Assembly: GCA_013265495.1 (NCBI GenBank) | Contig: MU057887.1 | Location: 507,985-571,984, forward strand | Reading direction: 5' to 3' | DNA length: 64,000 nucleotides | From: Vicugna vicugna | Lineage: Eukaryota | Shown here: piece by piece, positions 23,461 to 37,609 of the stretch | Layout of the letters: each line of letters opens with the position of its first letter | How positions within the stretch are numbered: position 1 is the first letter of the stretch | Position numbers and translations under genes: made by a program | Notes under the pieces: model-generated | Seen by the model: only the letters and a program-made list of their open reading frames with translations | Databases searched by the model: none | Told to the model about the DNA's origin: nothing

Positions 23461-26400
23461 TATAGTTGTTTTCAATGGGAAATCATTCAACTAACAGTGG
23501 CTTAAAAGAATGTGTTTATTTTTCTCACACAAGAGCAGTCTAGGGTGATGCAGTTCCTCAACAATGGCACCTTTCAGCTTCTTAACACGATGGTTTTTAT
23601 ACTCAAGCTTCCTGTCTATTTGTACAAAACCACTGCTCTGTCTCCAGCTCTCCTGACTGTATTCCACTCAGGGAGAAAAAAATGCAAATTATAATACCAA
23701 CATTTCCATCTATACCTCTAAAATTGTCACATGGCCACCGCTAGCTATGAGGGAACTTGGGAAGTCAAGTTGTTCTAGATTTTTATGATTCTTTAATAGA
23801 GACAGGCAAGGAAGGAAGAGGCTGTGGGTGGGGACTGGGCCAGCCAACTACACCGCTGCCTGCCTCTGCTTCATTTCAATATAGTTACGTGCCTGTTAAG
23901 ATTTTCTCAAAAGTATTTTAATTTTCTCATTCCTGATGTGTATGTTTGCTTCTAGCTTTTCTCTCGTTCATTAGAGTTGTAAAGAGTTTATTTTATTAGT
24001 CTTTCAAAAGAACCAGCTTTTAGATTCATTTTTCCCTTTTCTATTTAGAGTTTTCTATTTGATTAACTGCAGCTTAAAAAAAATTCTGTTATAGTTTTAC
24101 TTGTTTATTTTGTGGTTGTTCCAATTTCTTAAAAGTAATAAATTCCATTCTAGTTCATTTCTCTTCTTTAATAATGAAGATATTTTCCTCTTGATGTAGC
24201 TCACTGTGTCTCAAAGACTTTCTATTCATTACTTTTGAGACATCTTGTCATTTTCCTTGATTACATCTTTGATCCCAAAACTATCTACATTTCTTAATTT
24301 CTAAGTAGACAGTTTTTTTTGTCACTATTTATATTTCATTAAATTATGATCAAGGTGACCTATAAAAATCTCTGCTTTAAAAAAACTACTGAGGTTTCCA
24401 CTGTGGATAAGCATTTGATCAGTTTTCAATAAGTGTTTTATGGATATTTTAAATAATCTCCCATTTATTGAGCATTTATCATTGTTTTATAAAGTAGACA
24501 TTAACTTAATTCTCTTAACAATGCTATGAAATAGGTACTATTATTATCCCCATTCTATTAATAATAAAATTAAAGTATAAAAGCATTTATGTAAGTTATT
24601 CAGTCACACTGCTATGAAGTGGTAGAAATAGAATCTGCATTTAATCTTATTGATTATATTACAAATTCCTCTACATTGTTTCTGTCTACTAGATTTGCCC
24701 AATTTTTTAAGAAGTACATATAGTGAAATGTTTCACTCTAGTTTCATTTTTATTAAGTATTCTTGCTTTAAATATTTAGGTGTTATGTGCTTCAAAGAGG
24801 GTTAAAATTGGAGATCTTGTTTTTTAATACATAATATCCTTCTTTATTCAATTTGTTCCGTAAATATTTATTGAAAGCTTACTATAAGTGAGGATTTTTA
24901 ACCTCAAAGTTCACATTGTCTGGTATAGTCACTTGTTCTTTTTCGTCTGCATTTGCCAAGTGCTCGTTCTATAATTTTCAATATTCAATTTTAAGACAAT
25001 TTCTTATAAATGCCATTTAGCTGAATTTTGCTTTTTAACCTATGACGGTCTTGGTCTTTTAATGAGACACTTAAATCCACTCATGTTTACTGTAATGACT
25101 GATCAACAAAAATTTTATTTCTTCTTTTTATCTTTCATTCGTTTCATGCATTATTTTTGCTATTTGTTCCTGTGCTAATTTAGTGTACTTTTAAACACTC
25201 CATGTCTCCCCCTCACCAACATACAATTTTTAGAATATTCTTCCTCTTCTCCTCAGAGATGAGACCTTTGGAATATATTTACTTCTTTCTTCATCTCCAG
25301 TTCCTAAGTTTGCTGAGTTAGTTTAGCACTATTCACTTACTATTATTAGGTCTGTTCTAATCCATGTGTTGCTCAGAGTACCTTCTCTAGTATTTGTGTC
25401 ACATGGAGTATGTGGATGACCCTCTCTCTGAATTTGCTTATCTGCAGATCCCTAAGAGGTGAAGGATGTAATACAGTACTTTCCCTCAGTTGTCTGCAGC
25501 CCTTATTCCAGTCTTACCTAGTTCTGTAGTTGATACAAGGTTGGTAAGGGGTATTTTTTAAAGGAGGGGAATCCTAGGAGTTCAGGAATCACACCTAGAT
25601 CTGTGTTACTGTGTGACTTTTCTCATTAAGCCTACAAGGGAACTGCGTGTGTCCTTTCAATTGGCAAATTAAGGATCCTCAGGTTAGACATTTTCTTCTG
25701 TTTTGTTTAATTATTTCCTCTCTTCTGTGTTCCTTTTCCTCCTTCTGAAACTTTTATTATTCTCACACCAACTCTCCTGAGTCTGTCTACCAAGTCTCTA
25801 TTATTTCCATGATATCTTTATCTTTGTAATTTTCCCCCCTCACTGAGATGCAATTCCATTTGATCTTCCAGGTTATCAATTTGGGTCTCAATATGGCAAC
25901 CCTATCCTTCAATCTATCTATTGCATTCTATAGTTTAGAAATGTTTTTTCGTGCCAGAAAGTCTTGTGTGTGTGTGTTGGGGGGTGGTATGGGGAGGGCC
26001 AACACTATACTGCATCTCCTTAATGCTCCTTTACTGTTTTTGTTCAAGGGCTGACCGGCTCCCTGAACAGCTGAAATGCATTTATGTATTTCTTTGCCTC
26101 CTGAGGATCAGGTCTGGGTATTAACGTACAAATGGCAGCTGCCCTACAAATATGCTCTACACCCAGAGGCCAGCAATTAACAACAGAAGACTGTCAGTGC
26201 CTCTCTCTGGTCTCCCTGGCCTCTCCCAAACTCAGGAGCAGGGAGGCCACAACCTACTAACGTTTAGCTTCATGGGATTCAAGAAGACTAAGCAAATTCA
26301 CATGGGACATATATTTAACCTCTCCCTAGGGTTCCCCTATGTCCTGATTCTTCCCCCAGTACTCTTCAAAGATCACAACAGAAGTTCTGCATCAGCTTTT

Positions 26401-26979
26401 CCCGGTGGTCTCCCCCAGAATCCAAGGCATCATTCACACCCAGCTCTCCACTAGGTTCAGGTGAGACACACAGGTAGGAGATTTGTATAAATAGGAAACT
26501 GATTCATTGCAAGTTGTTACCTTCCTACAACTTTCTCTGTGCCTAGGGCTAAATTTGTAAAACCTTTAAAAGCTGAATATTTATACACCTTAGATCAAAA
26601 CATAATATGCAGTCTTATGCTTACAGAAAAAGATTAAAATTAGTTGAGTAACCTTGCCAGAATATCTCCTTGAATCAAAAACTGGTCATTTGTATACATA
26701 AAAGAAGAAAGCTAAATAGGAAAAATAAATAAATAATCTAAAAGCATTCTACTGATTTAGTATCTGTTAAAGTTGACATTTCAAGTAAGTGTGGGGGATT
26801 ACAATAGTCAACAAACAATACTTTGGAAGGAAGCATTATTGAATTTCTTTTGTCATTTTAAGGAAGAATAAAGTCTTTCTGAACATGGTATTAAAATCCA
26901 GAAGTTATAAAAGATTAATACATTTGGCTATATAAAGAAAAGTTTAAAAACACATACTGTCAAAATGAATCAAATGTCA

Positions 26980-27355
26980 AATAGATACTGAGCAGTAAAA
27001 AGGAATAAACTTTTGATGCACACAACAACATGAATTCCAAAAGCATCAAGCTAAATGAAGAGAGCGTAACACTAAAGACTACTTGCTGTATGATTCCACT
27101 TACATGAAATTCTAAATGAGAAAAAGCTATAATGATAGAAAGTCAATTGGGCTGCAAGGGTCCAGAAGGTCCAGGGGATCCAGGGGAGGGGACTGACTAC
27201 AAAGGGGCACAAAGGAATTTGGGGGGTTATGGAAATGTTCTGTATCACGATTTTGGTGGTGGTTACATGACTACATACATTTACCAAACTTATTGAATTA
27301 TACATTAAAATTGTTGACTATTACTGTATACAAATTATACTTCAGTATAGCCAAC
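26980..27355 (+). mobile_element. LINE-1 3' UTR fragment (L1MC/MD/ME-like) within older L1 debris
   Basis: 'gctgtatgattccacttacatgaaattcta', 'ggaaatgttctgtatc..gattttggtggtggttacatgact' and 'aaattatacttcagta'. Confidence 0.75.
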
Positions 27356-28506
27356 AAAAAGTCCAGTAGAGAATATACTTACAACATATATGACTAAGCA
27401 CTTATTTGCTTATGTACAAATAATTCTTGAAGTAGGTAATAAAATAACCTAAAATCTAAAAGAAAAATGTGCACAGGAAATAAATAAGAAGTTCACAGAA
27501 GAAAAAATTACAAAGAACCAATAAAGACATGAGTAAATGCTCAACCTCAGTTATAATTTAAGAAATGGATATTCAAACAATTGGATTACTTTTTTTAAAC
27601 CAGACTGGCAAAGATTAAAATATTTGCTAATATTTAGTGCTGCAATCTAAAGACATACACATTCTACTACAGGTTTCCTTTTGATGGGAATTTAGCAATA
27701 TCAACATTTTAAATACACATATCCTTAGATCTAGAAATTCCACGCATAAGAAATCATCATAGAGGTACATGTAAAGATATGGTAACAACAAACAGTTCTA
27801 TAGTGCTTACATTTTTGGCAGGCATTGTTTTAAGTATTTTATCTGGAATATCTGATTTAATCTTTAAAATAGCTCGAAAAGGAAATTCCTTTTATTATCC
27901 CCATTTTACAGATGGGAAACTAAGGTACAAAGGGGTTGGGTAACTTGCCCAAGGTCATACTGCTGGCAAAGTCAGGATTCAAATGCAGGCAGTGGGGCTA
28001 TAAGATTTACACTCTTAGCCACTGTGTCATTCTCCGTGTCTAAAGAATGTGCAACGCTGCATTGTTTACAACGGCAAAAAACAGAATGTCCATCATTAGA
28101 AACTGGTTAAATAAACAAAAGCTATATAATGAAATACTGGGCAGGGTTCATTAGAAATAAAGTGGTTTCCTATATGTTAACATGAAAACATGTCCATGTT
28201 ATGATATTAAATGACAAGGCTTATTGGAAACACTATCCATAGCAAAAGTCTGATGAAACTAATCAGAAAAGTAATACATAGGTATTTGTATGTAGAGAGA
28301 AAATTTCTGGAGACTATGCATCAAACTGTTTAGCAAGTACCACTGAGATGTAAGCATGGGTAAGGGAAAGATTTTCATTTACTTTATTCCATTCTGAATC
28401 ATTTGAATTTTTTTGAAACTATAGGCATGGTACTTTCATTATCCAAGAAATTAGCTTAAGAACACAATCTATTTAGTATGCTACAATTTTTACAACATGG
28501 ATTTAC

Positions 28507-28653
28507 CTTTAATTCTTGGATTAGCTGGGTTCTTCTGTCTCTTAAATTCTTTAACTCTTTCTCATCCCAGCATCTAGCCTTGTATTTTAAGTCACTTGAC
28601 CCTCCAGAGATCACCCCAGATTTTAAAAATAATGTTCCATCAAGAGCTACTGT
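28507..28653 (-). CDS. SMC1B: SMC1B exon 12 (147 nt), hinge end: [49 protein letters not shown]
   Basis: TTTTACAG acceptor; AAG|GTAAAT donor; GX6GX3GG hinge dimerisation motif. Confidence 0.96.
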
Positions 28654-29720
28654 CTGTAAAATTAAAAAATATTTTACCTTGGAAAAATGCACATAAGGAA
28701 GATAAAACCAGAATATAATATGGCAATTTTTACAGCTGAGAATTTATAGGTGAGAAAAACCACTTACTGAACTCTACTAATAAAATAATTAGCTTATGAG
28801 GGACACTAACCAACAAACAAATTCAAATACAAAACCCTGTTTTGCTAAGGCCCAAAGCAATTCCAGGCAACAAATTAGCAGCAATTAAAAAGGTTCAAAA
28901 TAAAACTGTATATTAGTTTCAAACATATCCAATATTGAGAAGCAAAACCCAATAATATCTGTATTTAATATCACACAGTTTGCATCACGTAATACTGTAT
29001 TTTGAAGAATCTGACATCACATGTCAATGATATATTATGAAAACAACCTTAGTAACTTTAGGATACCAAAAATATTATGTTCTAAAATGAATATGAAACT
29101 GGGACCAATAAAAAAATTTAAATGGAATCAAAAATATAAAACAGCTTGAAGTTTACAGTCCTGTGAGTAACCATATGCTTTATGGAATAAATGAAAATAC
29201 TTCATGTTTTACAAATGTCTGTAATTAAGTGGTCAAAACAGAGGAGACTGACCGAGGACTATGACCATGTAACGAGCTAATAAAAAGAAAGCCAACAAAC
29301 AGGAGTCTCATTCATCTCTACTTTCAGACAAACATTCCCTGTGTTTGAGACATTCTATACTGGGGACTGGAGTGACCAAAGGTGCAGAAATATGGTACTG
29401 ATCCTTAGGGAGTCATGCTAACAGTGAAAAGCAACATACTAACATACCATTACAGCGTAAGGTGATGAGACAACAGAAACACACTCAGAATAATCTGGAA
29501 GCACAAAGCTGGGGTGCTCCAACCCAGCCCAGGAGGTCCACAAAAGACTTCCTGAGGAGATGATGGCTTTCACTGTTCTTATTAGAGGTACTAGTTAGAA
29601 TTAGATTAATTATACTTAACAGAAAATGTATCTCTCTCTTGTGATTAGAGTCTGTATGGAGGTCGCATAGTTAACAAAAAACCAGACCCCTCCGACCGCA
29701 CCGCTCTGCCATCCCAGCAC

Positions 29721-30180
29721 TGGGATTACTCCTCACAGGAGACAGGCCTTGTACTTCTGGAAGGCCTTGGGGGCTCCCTTCCCTCTCAACTGCGGGCTTA
29801 GCAATGAGTCTTCTCATCAGGTCTAAACTTTGGAAGAACCCTAGATATCTACTGGATACCTACAGCAATGGCAGGAAAACTGAACTCCTGCAGCAAGCCC
29901 TGGTCTGGAAGGCAGTTTCCCTCACTGGGAGGCCAACTGTTACGAGCTCAGTTTACTCCTCCGACCTCCCCATAAAAATGTAAAGCAGCATGGAGGCAGC
30001 TTCCCAGTCCTGGAGCGCTTTTAGCTCATGCTGTCTCCGCCCAGCTGAATCATACCTCTGGAAGGAAAGCTGCGGAACCAAGCAGGCTCCACTGCTTCTC
30101 TGCTTTTAAGCTGTTCTCAATAAAGCTTACTTTACATCTACACTGTGTCACTAGTGATGTGTGTGTCACTGTCTCTTACA
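29721..30180 (+). mobile_element. Probable solo LTR (ERV class uncertain) inserted in an MLT1-like remnant
   Basis: GC-richer ~460-nt block with TATA-like CATAAAAA (29971), AATAAA (30119-30124), a GT-rich downstream tract and ..TTACA end; flanks read as an interrupted MaLR. 5' boundary uncertain; no clear TSD. Confidence 0.6.
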
Positions 30181-31257
30181 CAATCTTCAAAGTCATTCTG
30201 TAGTCCAAGATAACTCCTAGAGCTCTAGCTATTGTGTATTACAAGAAAGAAGAAGGAAGGGAGGGAGCAAGGCTGGTAGATGGGGCAGATTGTGGAGCTC
30301 TTTATATGTCATCACAGGAAGAATGAGAATCAAATGCAACTGAGGACTGATGGGGCTTATGGTGGGGGCGGGCGGGGGGTTAGCTCTGAATGGTTTGAGC
30401 AAACAGGAGAGAGAAGTGGGTAGATAATGAACTTTAAATAGACCACTTTGGCAACCCATCTGGAAAATGGGTTGGTCTAAGCAAAGCCAGAGGTGATGGT
30501 ATGAAATAAGCCAATAATGCCTAGGGTAAAGAAAAGGAAAAATATTTGAGAAATACTTAGGAAGTATAATCAGGAAAGCTTGGGAACTAGAAAGGTTACA
30601 AGGAAATCCTTGAGGAAAACTAGAATTTCATTGGGCTAGAACAGCGGTACCAAGAATTGAGTTACGGAATACAGAACATAGATCAAGATTTAGAAAGAAG
30701 AAAATGAGTTTAGTTTTAGATATGCTGATATTACAGTGCCTGTGGGCTAAAAAGTTTTCTTATTTATTTACAATGTTTATCTTGGCTATTTCTTAAAAGA
30801 AATTAGATTCTTTTATAATTATAATAGATTATTATAATGAATGTAAATATAAAATAAGAGCTACAAAAAATAGAGATAACAAATTATAGAAGGTGAAAAA
30901 AGAACAAAGTATAAGTAATTTAGACTATTATGAGAAATCACTGAATTCAATCAAATAAATAGGAAAAAGAAAAATTATTCAATATATGATGTTTTGACAA
31001 GTAATTAACCATTTAGGAGGAAAAAGCTAACTAATACCTGCAGCTAATGACAAACATCAAAATAAATTCTAGATTAAAATTAAAACACGGAAGTGATACT
31101 GTATTTTAAAAAGTGAAGAAAAGTTAATATATACTTGATCTCATAGTAAAGACTCAAATATACATATACGAATAGTTACAAAGGATAAGAGTGATATAGT
31201 TGATGATCAAACATCTGGCATACACACCATAATACTCACTAGATCTTTCCAGGGTAT

Positions 31258-31368
31258 GGTTGCTAGATTTAGCAAACAGAAATATAGGTTGTCCAATTAA
31301 ATTTGAACTTCACATAAAAAACAAGTAACTTTGTAATATATGTACAAATGTTTTATCTGACAACTATT
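31258..31368. mobile_element. MER53-like hAT MITE, internally deleted
   Basis: Termini 'ggttgctagatttagcaaa...ccaattaaatttgaa' and 'ttttatctgacaac' form inverted repeats typical of MER53. Confidence 0.7.
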
Positions 31369-32449
31369 CTAGGGGACAAGACAGGGATGGTTTTTATTTT
31401 CCTTTTTGAGCTCTATTTTCAAATCTGAACATTTACTAACTTGTATTTCTGATGTGTAAAAGACAAACATAACACAAAAGAAAAAAGTCCATGGGGTTGG
31501 CTTGGAGAGAAGTGTATCAAGAACTCTGAGGTAAGAATCTGTCATAATATATATGGAATTCTAAATGCCAGCTCTCTCTTCCCAGCCATGATACTCTGGC
31601 AAGTCAACCCCTCGTCTTTCAGTAGGGCTACAATAATCTTTCGAGATTCTTTTTACTCTGCTGCCTGGCTGACTGCTTCTGCTGTCACTGCCACCATTTA
31701 CCACTGCACATACTTGCCTGACACTGCATATAAGCTATCTGATTCTATGTTTGCAACACTGTGAGGTAAGTATTTCCACTTTACAGATTGGGACTTAGAT
31801 ATTAAGAAACTTGCCTAAGGCCATACATAGGGACTAAAATCCAAGTTGGTCAAACATCTATGTCCATGTTCTTAACCACCATGTTATACACCTCCTTCAA
31901 TTCTAAAAACACAGTGGGCAACAATTTATAGAATTATAGGGGTTTTTTTGGTGATAGTTTCTAGGTTTATTAAAATAATTTATTTCTTCTAAAACTAAAT
32001 TTAGTCTCAAATAACCTAGTTTCACTTGATTTACAAATTCCTATTCTGGAAGGACTATAATTTCTACTTCCAGCCTGCAAATTCCTTAACTTACAGCTTA
32101 CATTAGTTGCTCAGTGCAGTAATACTATGCCTACTCTGGGGTTACATTCCTGAAAAAATACCTTGGCTGGCACCGTTGGGATCTCATATAAAATCAGGGG
32201 CTGGAGGAATTTTTAAGTAGCAAAGAAGTTCCAGAGTTATAGAAAACTCTGGGTTAGGAAAATAAGGAATTCTCTGGTATTAAAATTTTGTTCTGTGGGA
32301 TAATTCATCATTCCACTGAATCAACTCCAACTGTTTCAAAAATATTGTTTCAGGTTATAAGCTGCTAAGGTGGATATTCCTATAATTCTGTGTTATGCAG
32401 ATTATGCATATTTTTAAAGTTTCATTGGTATGAAAAATAATATACTTTA

Positions 32450-33560
32450 TACTTTTAATTTTATTTCTGAATGGGTAAGATAGTCACATAGTTCAAAATT
32501 CAAAATATACAAGAGAGTAGAGTAAGAAATTTCCCTGGCATCCCTGGCTCCAGCACCGTTTTCCTCCCCAAAAGTGATCAGTGCTATCAATCTTTTATGT
32601 ATTCTCTCAGAAATATTTTTGCATAAACAAATACACACATACATTTCTTTTCCCCATTTCTTACACAAATGGAAACATACTACACATTAGACTATGTATT
32701 AACTTTTTAAAAAAACTGAATCTCAGAGAATGTCTCATACCTGTATGAGCTTCATTCTTATTTAAGGTTGCATAGTGTCCCATTGTATGAATGCACTATA
32801 ATTTTATTCAACTAGTCTTGTGCAGATTGTTTCCAATTGTTCCTGCTACAAACAATGATTCAATGAATAAATCTTATTTGTATATCATTTCATATGCATG
32901 TGAGTTTACGTGTATGTGAGGTTCCTAAGAAGTACAACTGCTAGAACTGTCCTTCACAGAGCTGGTACAAATTCTCACCCCCACAGCAGTGATGGAGGGG
33001 CCTCTTTACCAATAAAATGTTAGTGAACTTTTTGATGTTGCTCAATCTGATAAAGGAAAATAGTATTTCAGTGTAGTTTTAATGGGCATTTCTCATGCTT
33101 TAAGTGAGGGTGAATTTTCATTTTTAAGAGTAATTATATTTCCTTTTATCAAAGTAAGTTTGTTCATGTACTTTGTCCATTTTCAACTTTATTTTTGTTC
33201 TTTTCCTTATTGGTTTGTAGGAAATTTTGGGTTTTTATTGAGTCACAAATATTTTCCCTGCTTTGACATATCTTTTGATTTTTCTTATGGTGGTTTCTGC
33301 CATGCAGAAATTTTTCTGTTTATATGAATTTATCCATCTTTTGTAGTTTTCGGGTTTTTTTTTTTTTTTGGTCATATTGGAAATGCCTTACTGTCTCTGA
33401 CATTAAGAAAAATTTTTCCATGGTTTCTCTTATTATCGTTATAGTTTCATTTTTTTACATTTACATTTCTAAACCATGTAGAATCTATTCTGATATGAAG
33501 TACGAAGTTTAGATTCAACTAACTATATTTTATTCCAGATGGTACCCATTTTTTGAACTT
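32450..33560 (-). mobile_element. Ancient LINE-1 3' region (L1ME-like)
   Basis: 'cccattgtatgaatgcactataattttattcaac', 'tgctacaaacaatg' and 'tatttcagtgtagttttaat..gcatttctc' are reverse-strand L1 motifs. Confidence 0.7.
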
Positions 33561-35598
33561 ACTATATACCCTACTACATTCTTATTTTCTCTTGTTTAAT
33601 GTGCACAATCTTTGTAAAAATGATCTTTTCACAAATTACCAGCTAGTTAATGACATGTTTTTGGGTCTGCTTTTTGCTACTTCGTATTAAACAGGTAAAA
33701 CATAAACAGATCTTGCTTTATATGTTTTAGAGTAATAGCCACCCAGCCTATGGGACAAGGAAGCAGATAATTGTTTCTTTCCTCAAGAAAAATGGATGAA
33801 ATAATTACATGTATTCAAAGAGACTCTAGATTTAACAATTTTGTTACATAAATTTTAAAAATATTTTAAAATTGAGTTATCATAAAAATCTTGATGACCG
33901 AACTACTGATAACAAAACTGCTCTGATTTATATTATGTAATTTATATATACTGTATGTAGCTTACAAACTAACCAGAGTATCATTTTGTGATGCAATTTT
34001 CAATGTTTGAATAAAGAAAATCCTAAAACATATCAAATCAACGGAAAAATATCACGTCCACGGAAAACCAAGAGCACAAATTGAAAACATCAGATCATTT
34101 CTGTGAAAATTTGACATCTATTCAAATGTTTTACGCATCCTAAAACAGAGAATTTTTTAAAGTGGAATAACAGTAACGGGAAGAAGATAAAAGTCCCTGG
34201 AATATACTTAAGATAAAAATATGGCAAATAAAGCTGATTAAAATTCTGAAATAACAATAAGAACAAAATATAGCCTGAAGGGGTAAGGCATATTACTATG
34301 AACAAGATACAAACCATAAATATATGTTGAACAAAGGAAGGGTTAAGTACAGTCTTATCATCATGTGACTTCTTTAAATTGACCACACAAATTTAAAAAA
34401 ATCAACTTTACAAAATCAATTTTACAAATATACAAAAATCAATTTTAGTATGTTAATTAGGCAACAAAATAAGGAAGACACCTTAGTAAGTCACTTATTT
34501 CACCTGCTTAAATTCAATATGTAAAAATCAATGACTGATTACTAAGACAGTGATGGTATTATCATTAAGATTATCACTGATAGAAGTACTAAAATGCATG
34601 AGAAGTTAATCACATTAGACAAGTCAATACACTTAATATTGGAATATTTAATACTGGAAATTCCTCTCTTTCATAAGAATAACCTGTTTTGTGTTAGTTT
34701 GCAATTCTGGACATTCCAGATCAAATGTGTAAATTGACTAGTAAATTTAAAAATGACTATTCCTTTTAAAGACCTATTTGCCAAGTACTATTTTGCATTT
34801 ATTACTTATTTTAATCCTATAACTCCTATAACTCTAAAAAATAGGTACTATTATTTCCCCAATTTTAGATTGGAAAACTAAAATTAGAAGTTTAAAAACT
34901 TGCCTAATGTCACACAATTAATTACTAAGTCGCATCACTGGTCTTACTACACAGTTAACGCCTTTAGGCACTGTGTTATACTCATCACAAATACAGTTGT
35001 TTAAAAAAACTATGTCAGATAACTTGAGAAATTTGACAGTGCTTAACTAAATACAAACTCTATTTTAACTGAGAGTAAAACAATATTTTAAAAACCAAAA
35101 TTATTCCTTTGAGAGATTAGCATTTAGTAACCTCATTTCCCTTATGCTATTTCTATAACTTCAAATGTGTTAAAAGGATAGTATCTCCACTAAGCTATGG
35201 CAGAATTAACCGAGAATGTAAAATAAGCACCTAAAATCTTCCCTGCTATTCAGAAACACATGTACTACATATGTAAATACAAAGAAAAGCTGAGATTCAG
35301 CAAGGACACTTTTTGTATACAGAATAGAAGAAAAGAACAGCTTTAGGCTATTACTACAATAAATCTAACTTCCAAAATATGATTTATGATTTTGGGAAGT
35401 GTTATAGAAATTAATTCTTTAAAAACTCAACTGAACATTGTAAAAACTACTGAAGCCATAAGCATTCTTATGTTTTACATTAGTTTTCCGTATATAAGAG
35501 AACATATAAAAGCACATATAAATATTTGTGCCTGCGTAATATGTTAGTCTTATAAATACTGTTTTAAATTATCCAAAAGTGCAATCTAAGCCTCTTAC

Positions 35599-35778
35599 TT
35601 TCCGTCTTTCGGGTCCACCGAATGCAATATGCCTTGCTTCTTCCACAGTCTCACAGACAAGGCCATTTCCACACACAAACTGAATAACTTTCTTCAGCTG
35701 AGGAAACTGAGTCTTTATGACATCAATCACCATTTTACAGCCTTTAATCTCCCTTAGTCTTTCATTGATTGGCTTGAT
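35599..35778 (-). CDS. SMC1B: SMC1B exon 11 (180 nt), hinge: IKPINERLREIKGCKMVIDVIKTQFPQLKKVIQFVCGNGLVCETVEEARHIAFGGPERRK
   Basis: CCTTTTAG acceptor; AAA|GTAAGA donor; translated by hand, open frame. Confidence 0.95.
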
Positions 35779-36265
35779 CTAAAAGGTTTAAAAATACTTA
35801 GTGTATTAAAATAAAAACCAAATACTCACTATATTCTTTCTCAAAAAACATACATAAGCATGACAACAAATGATCAATAGTATGCACTCACATACAATAA
35901 ACGTTTGACAAGATCAATATCCTGCAATTGGCTTGCATAATATTTTTTTAAAAACACAGTTCATAAAAAGCCAGAAGATATAATTTCCAGATTCAATTCT
36001 GTCACTAAGTAGCTGGGACAAAGCAATGCATGAGAAGCACTTCATGCACTCAAAATCATAAAATCTAGTGGGAGATAATACCCATTTATATACTTCTAAA
36101 AGAGGAGCACAACTATATGGAACGCAAAAAATCATTTTAGGTTTAAATGATCAGGAAAGCTTTCAGATCTTCTTTGACATGACTTTTAAGTTGGGCCTAT
36201 AAAGAGATCAAAACACATCTACGTATAACTAAAAAAAAAAAAACAGTAAAACAAAGCAAAACTCC

Positions 36266-36327
36266 TGTGTGTGTATGTATACATATATGTGTGTGTGTGT
36301 ATATATACATATATACATATATATATA
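36266..36327. repeat. Compound (TG)n/(TA)n microsatellite
   Basis: tgtgtgtgtatgtatacatatatgtgtgtgtgtgtatatatacatatatacatatatata. Confidence 0.9.
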
Positions 36328-36599
36328 GGAAGCATATATTTATATAAACTTATATGTATGGAAGCAATCTAAAACAGTAACAATAAAGGAATTGGGCATT
36401 GAGAAGACATAAGGGTATTTCCTTTACACCTGATACACTTCTGTATTATATTTTTTAAAAATGAGTGTGCCTTGAAAAAATCTTAAGCACGAAATAAGTA
36501 AAACAGGATTTTAACAGGTAGGTGAATTAGGTTAAATAGTTTTTGTATGGAGAAGGTATAAGCAAAAGTGTGAAAGTATCAAAGGCAAGTCCGGACCAT

Positions 36600-36835
36600 T
36601 AGCACCCAGCTAGCATTTGCTGAGCCCCTTCTATGTGCCAGGCACTCCACATGTAGTGATTCCTGGCAATAATCCAGCAAGGTAAGGACTAACTCCACCA
36701 CTTCACAGATGAAAAAATTGAAGGTCAGAAAAATTAAGAATAAATCAGTGAGAACTAATTAAAAGGCAGGCTGAAATTCAAATTCAGGTCAGTTCAACTC
36801 TAGGGCATGCGATCTTAACCACTATACACACTGCC
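36600..36835 (-). mobile_element. MIR SINE (one of many; others near 1400-1560, 8660-8830, 12380-12620, 24470-24640, 27800-28030, 31690-31890, 34770-34980, 46060-46250)
   Basis: MIR core 'ctatgtgccaggcact...acagatgaaaaaattgaagg.cagaaaa.ttaag...tcttaaccactatac'. Confidence 0.75.
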
Positions 36836-37423
36836 TGCAGTTCAAGGACTTGAAAGCTGGGCCAAGTAGAACATTTTCTTTACTAGGCAGTGAAAAAAAT
36901 CACTGAAGGATCAGTTGTGATAATGACAGAGTTCCTGCCTCAGAAATGTAAACTCTATATATTCTAAGGCCTTTCAAAACATACCTCAAGACCCCAAATT
37001 TAGCTTGCTCCACCAAGAGCTGACATGTATTTACTGGACCACATATTTACAGTCGAGACCCTGGGTTGACATTTCACCGACAGAAAATATGCCTTAGCCA
37101 TGTCCTATACTTTGCTACAGAACAAAATAAAATGCTGCCTAATAGGCAGACTGGCACACTGTTGGAGCAATGTCCTCAAAATCATCAAGGTGAATTATGG
37201 CAAAACTAGATTAGGAAGAGATGATATGAATCAAGAAAGACAGTACCTGTTAGATGGTACTCTTTGCCTGCCAATACGTTAACACCAGCCATCTGAATGC
37301 CTGACTAACTGGCATGCAAGCTATGATTTTTTTCAATCACTACCACAATCTCAGGTAACAAAGACATGCTTTAAAAGGCAAGATTTTATCACTACTAAAC
37401 ATTAAGGATTATAAATTTCTTAC

Positions 37424-37609
37424 ATCAAGGTAATCTAGAGCAAGGAACGTCTCAGGTTCAGCTCTTTCCTCCTTCAGAAATCGAATACAATCTTTTGCTA
37501 CCTTTTCAGAGGTTACAACAATGGCGACCATGTACCGGCCAAAAAGTTTAGTAACAGCTAGCTGGTATTTCTTGTGAATAGGATGACACAGGTCAAGTAG
37601 TCTTCCAAA
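37424..37609 (-). CDS. SMC1B: SMC1B exon 10 (186 nt), hinge start: [62 protein letters not shown]
   Basis: CTGCTAAG acceptor; GAT|GTAAGA donor; SMC hinge sequence. Confidence 0.94.

Noticed and set aside
31258..31368. MER53-derived miRNA hairpin (miR-1302-like)
   Set aside because: The copy lacks most of the right arm, so the long palindrome is lost; no evidence of a pre-miRNA.
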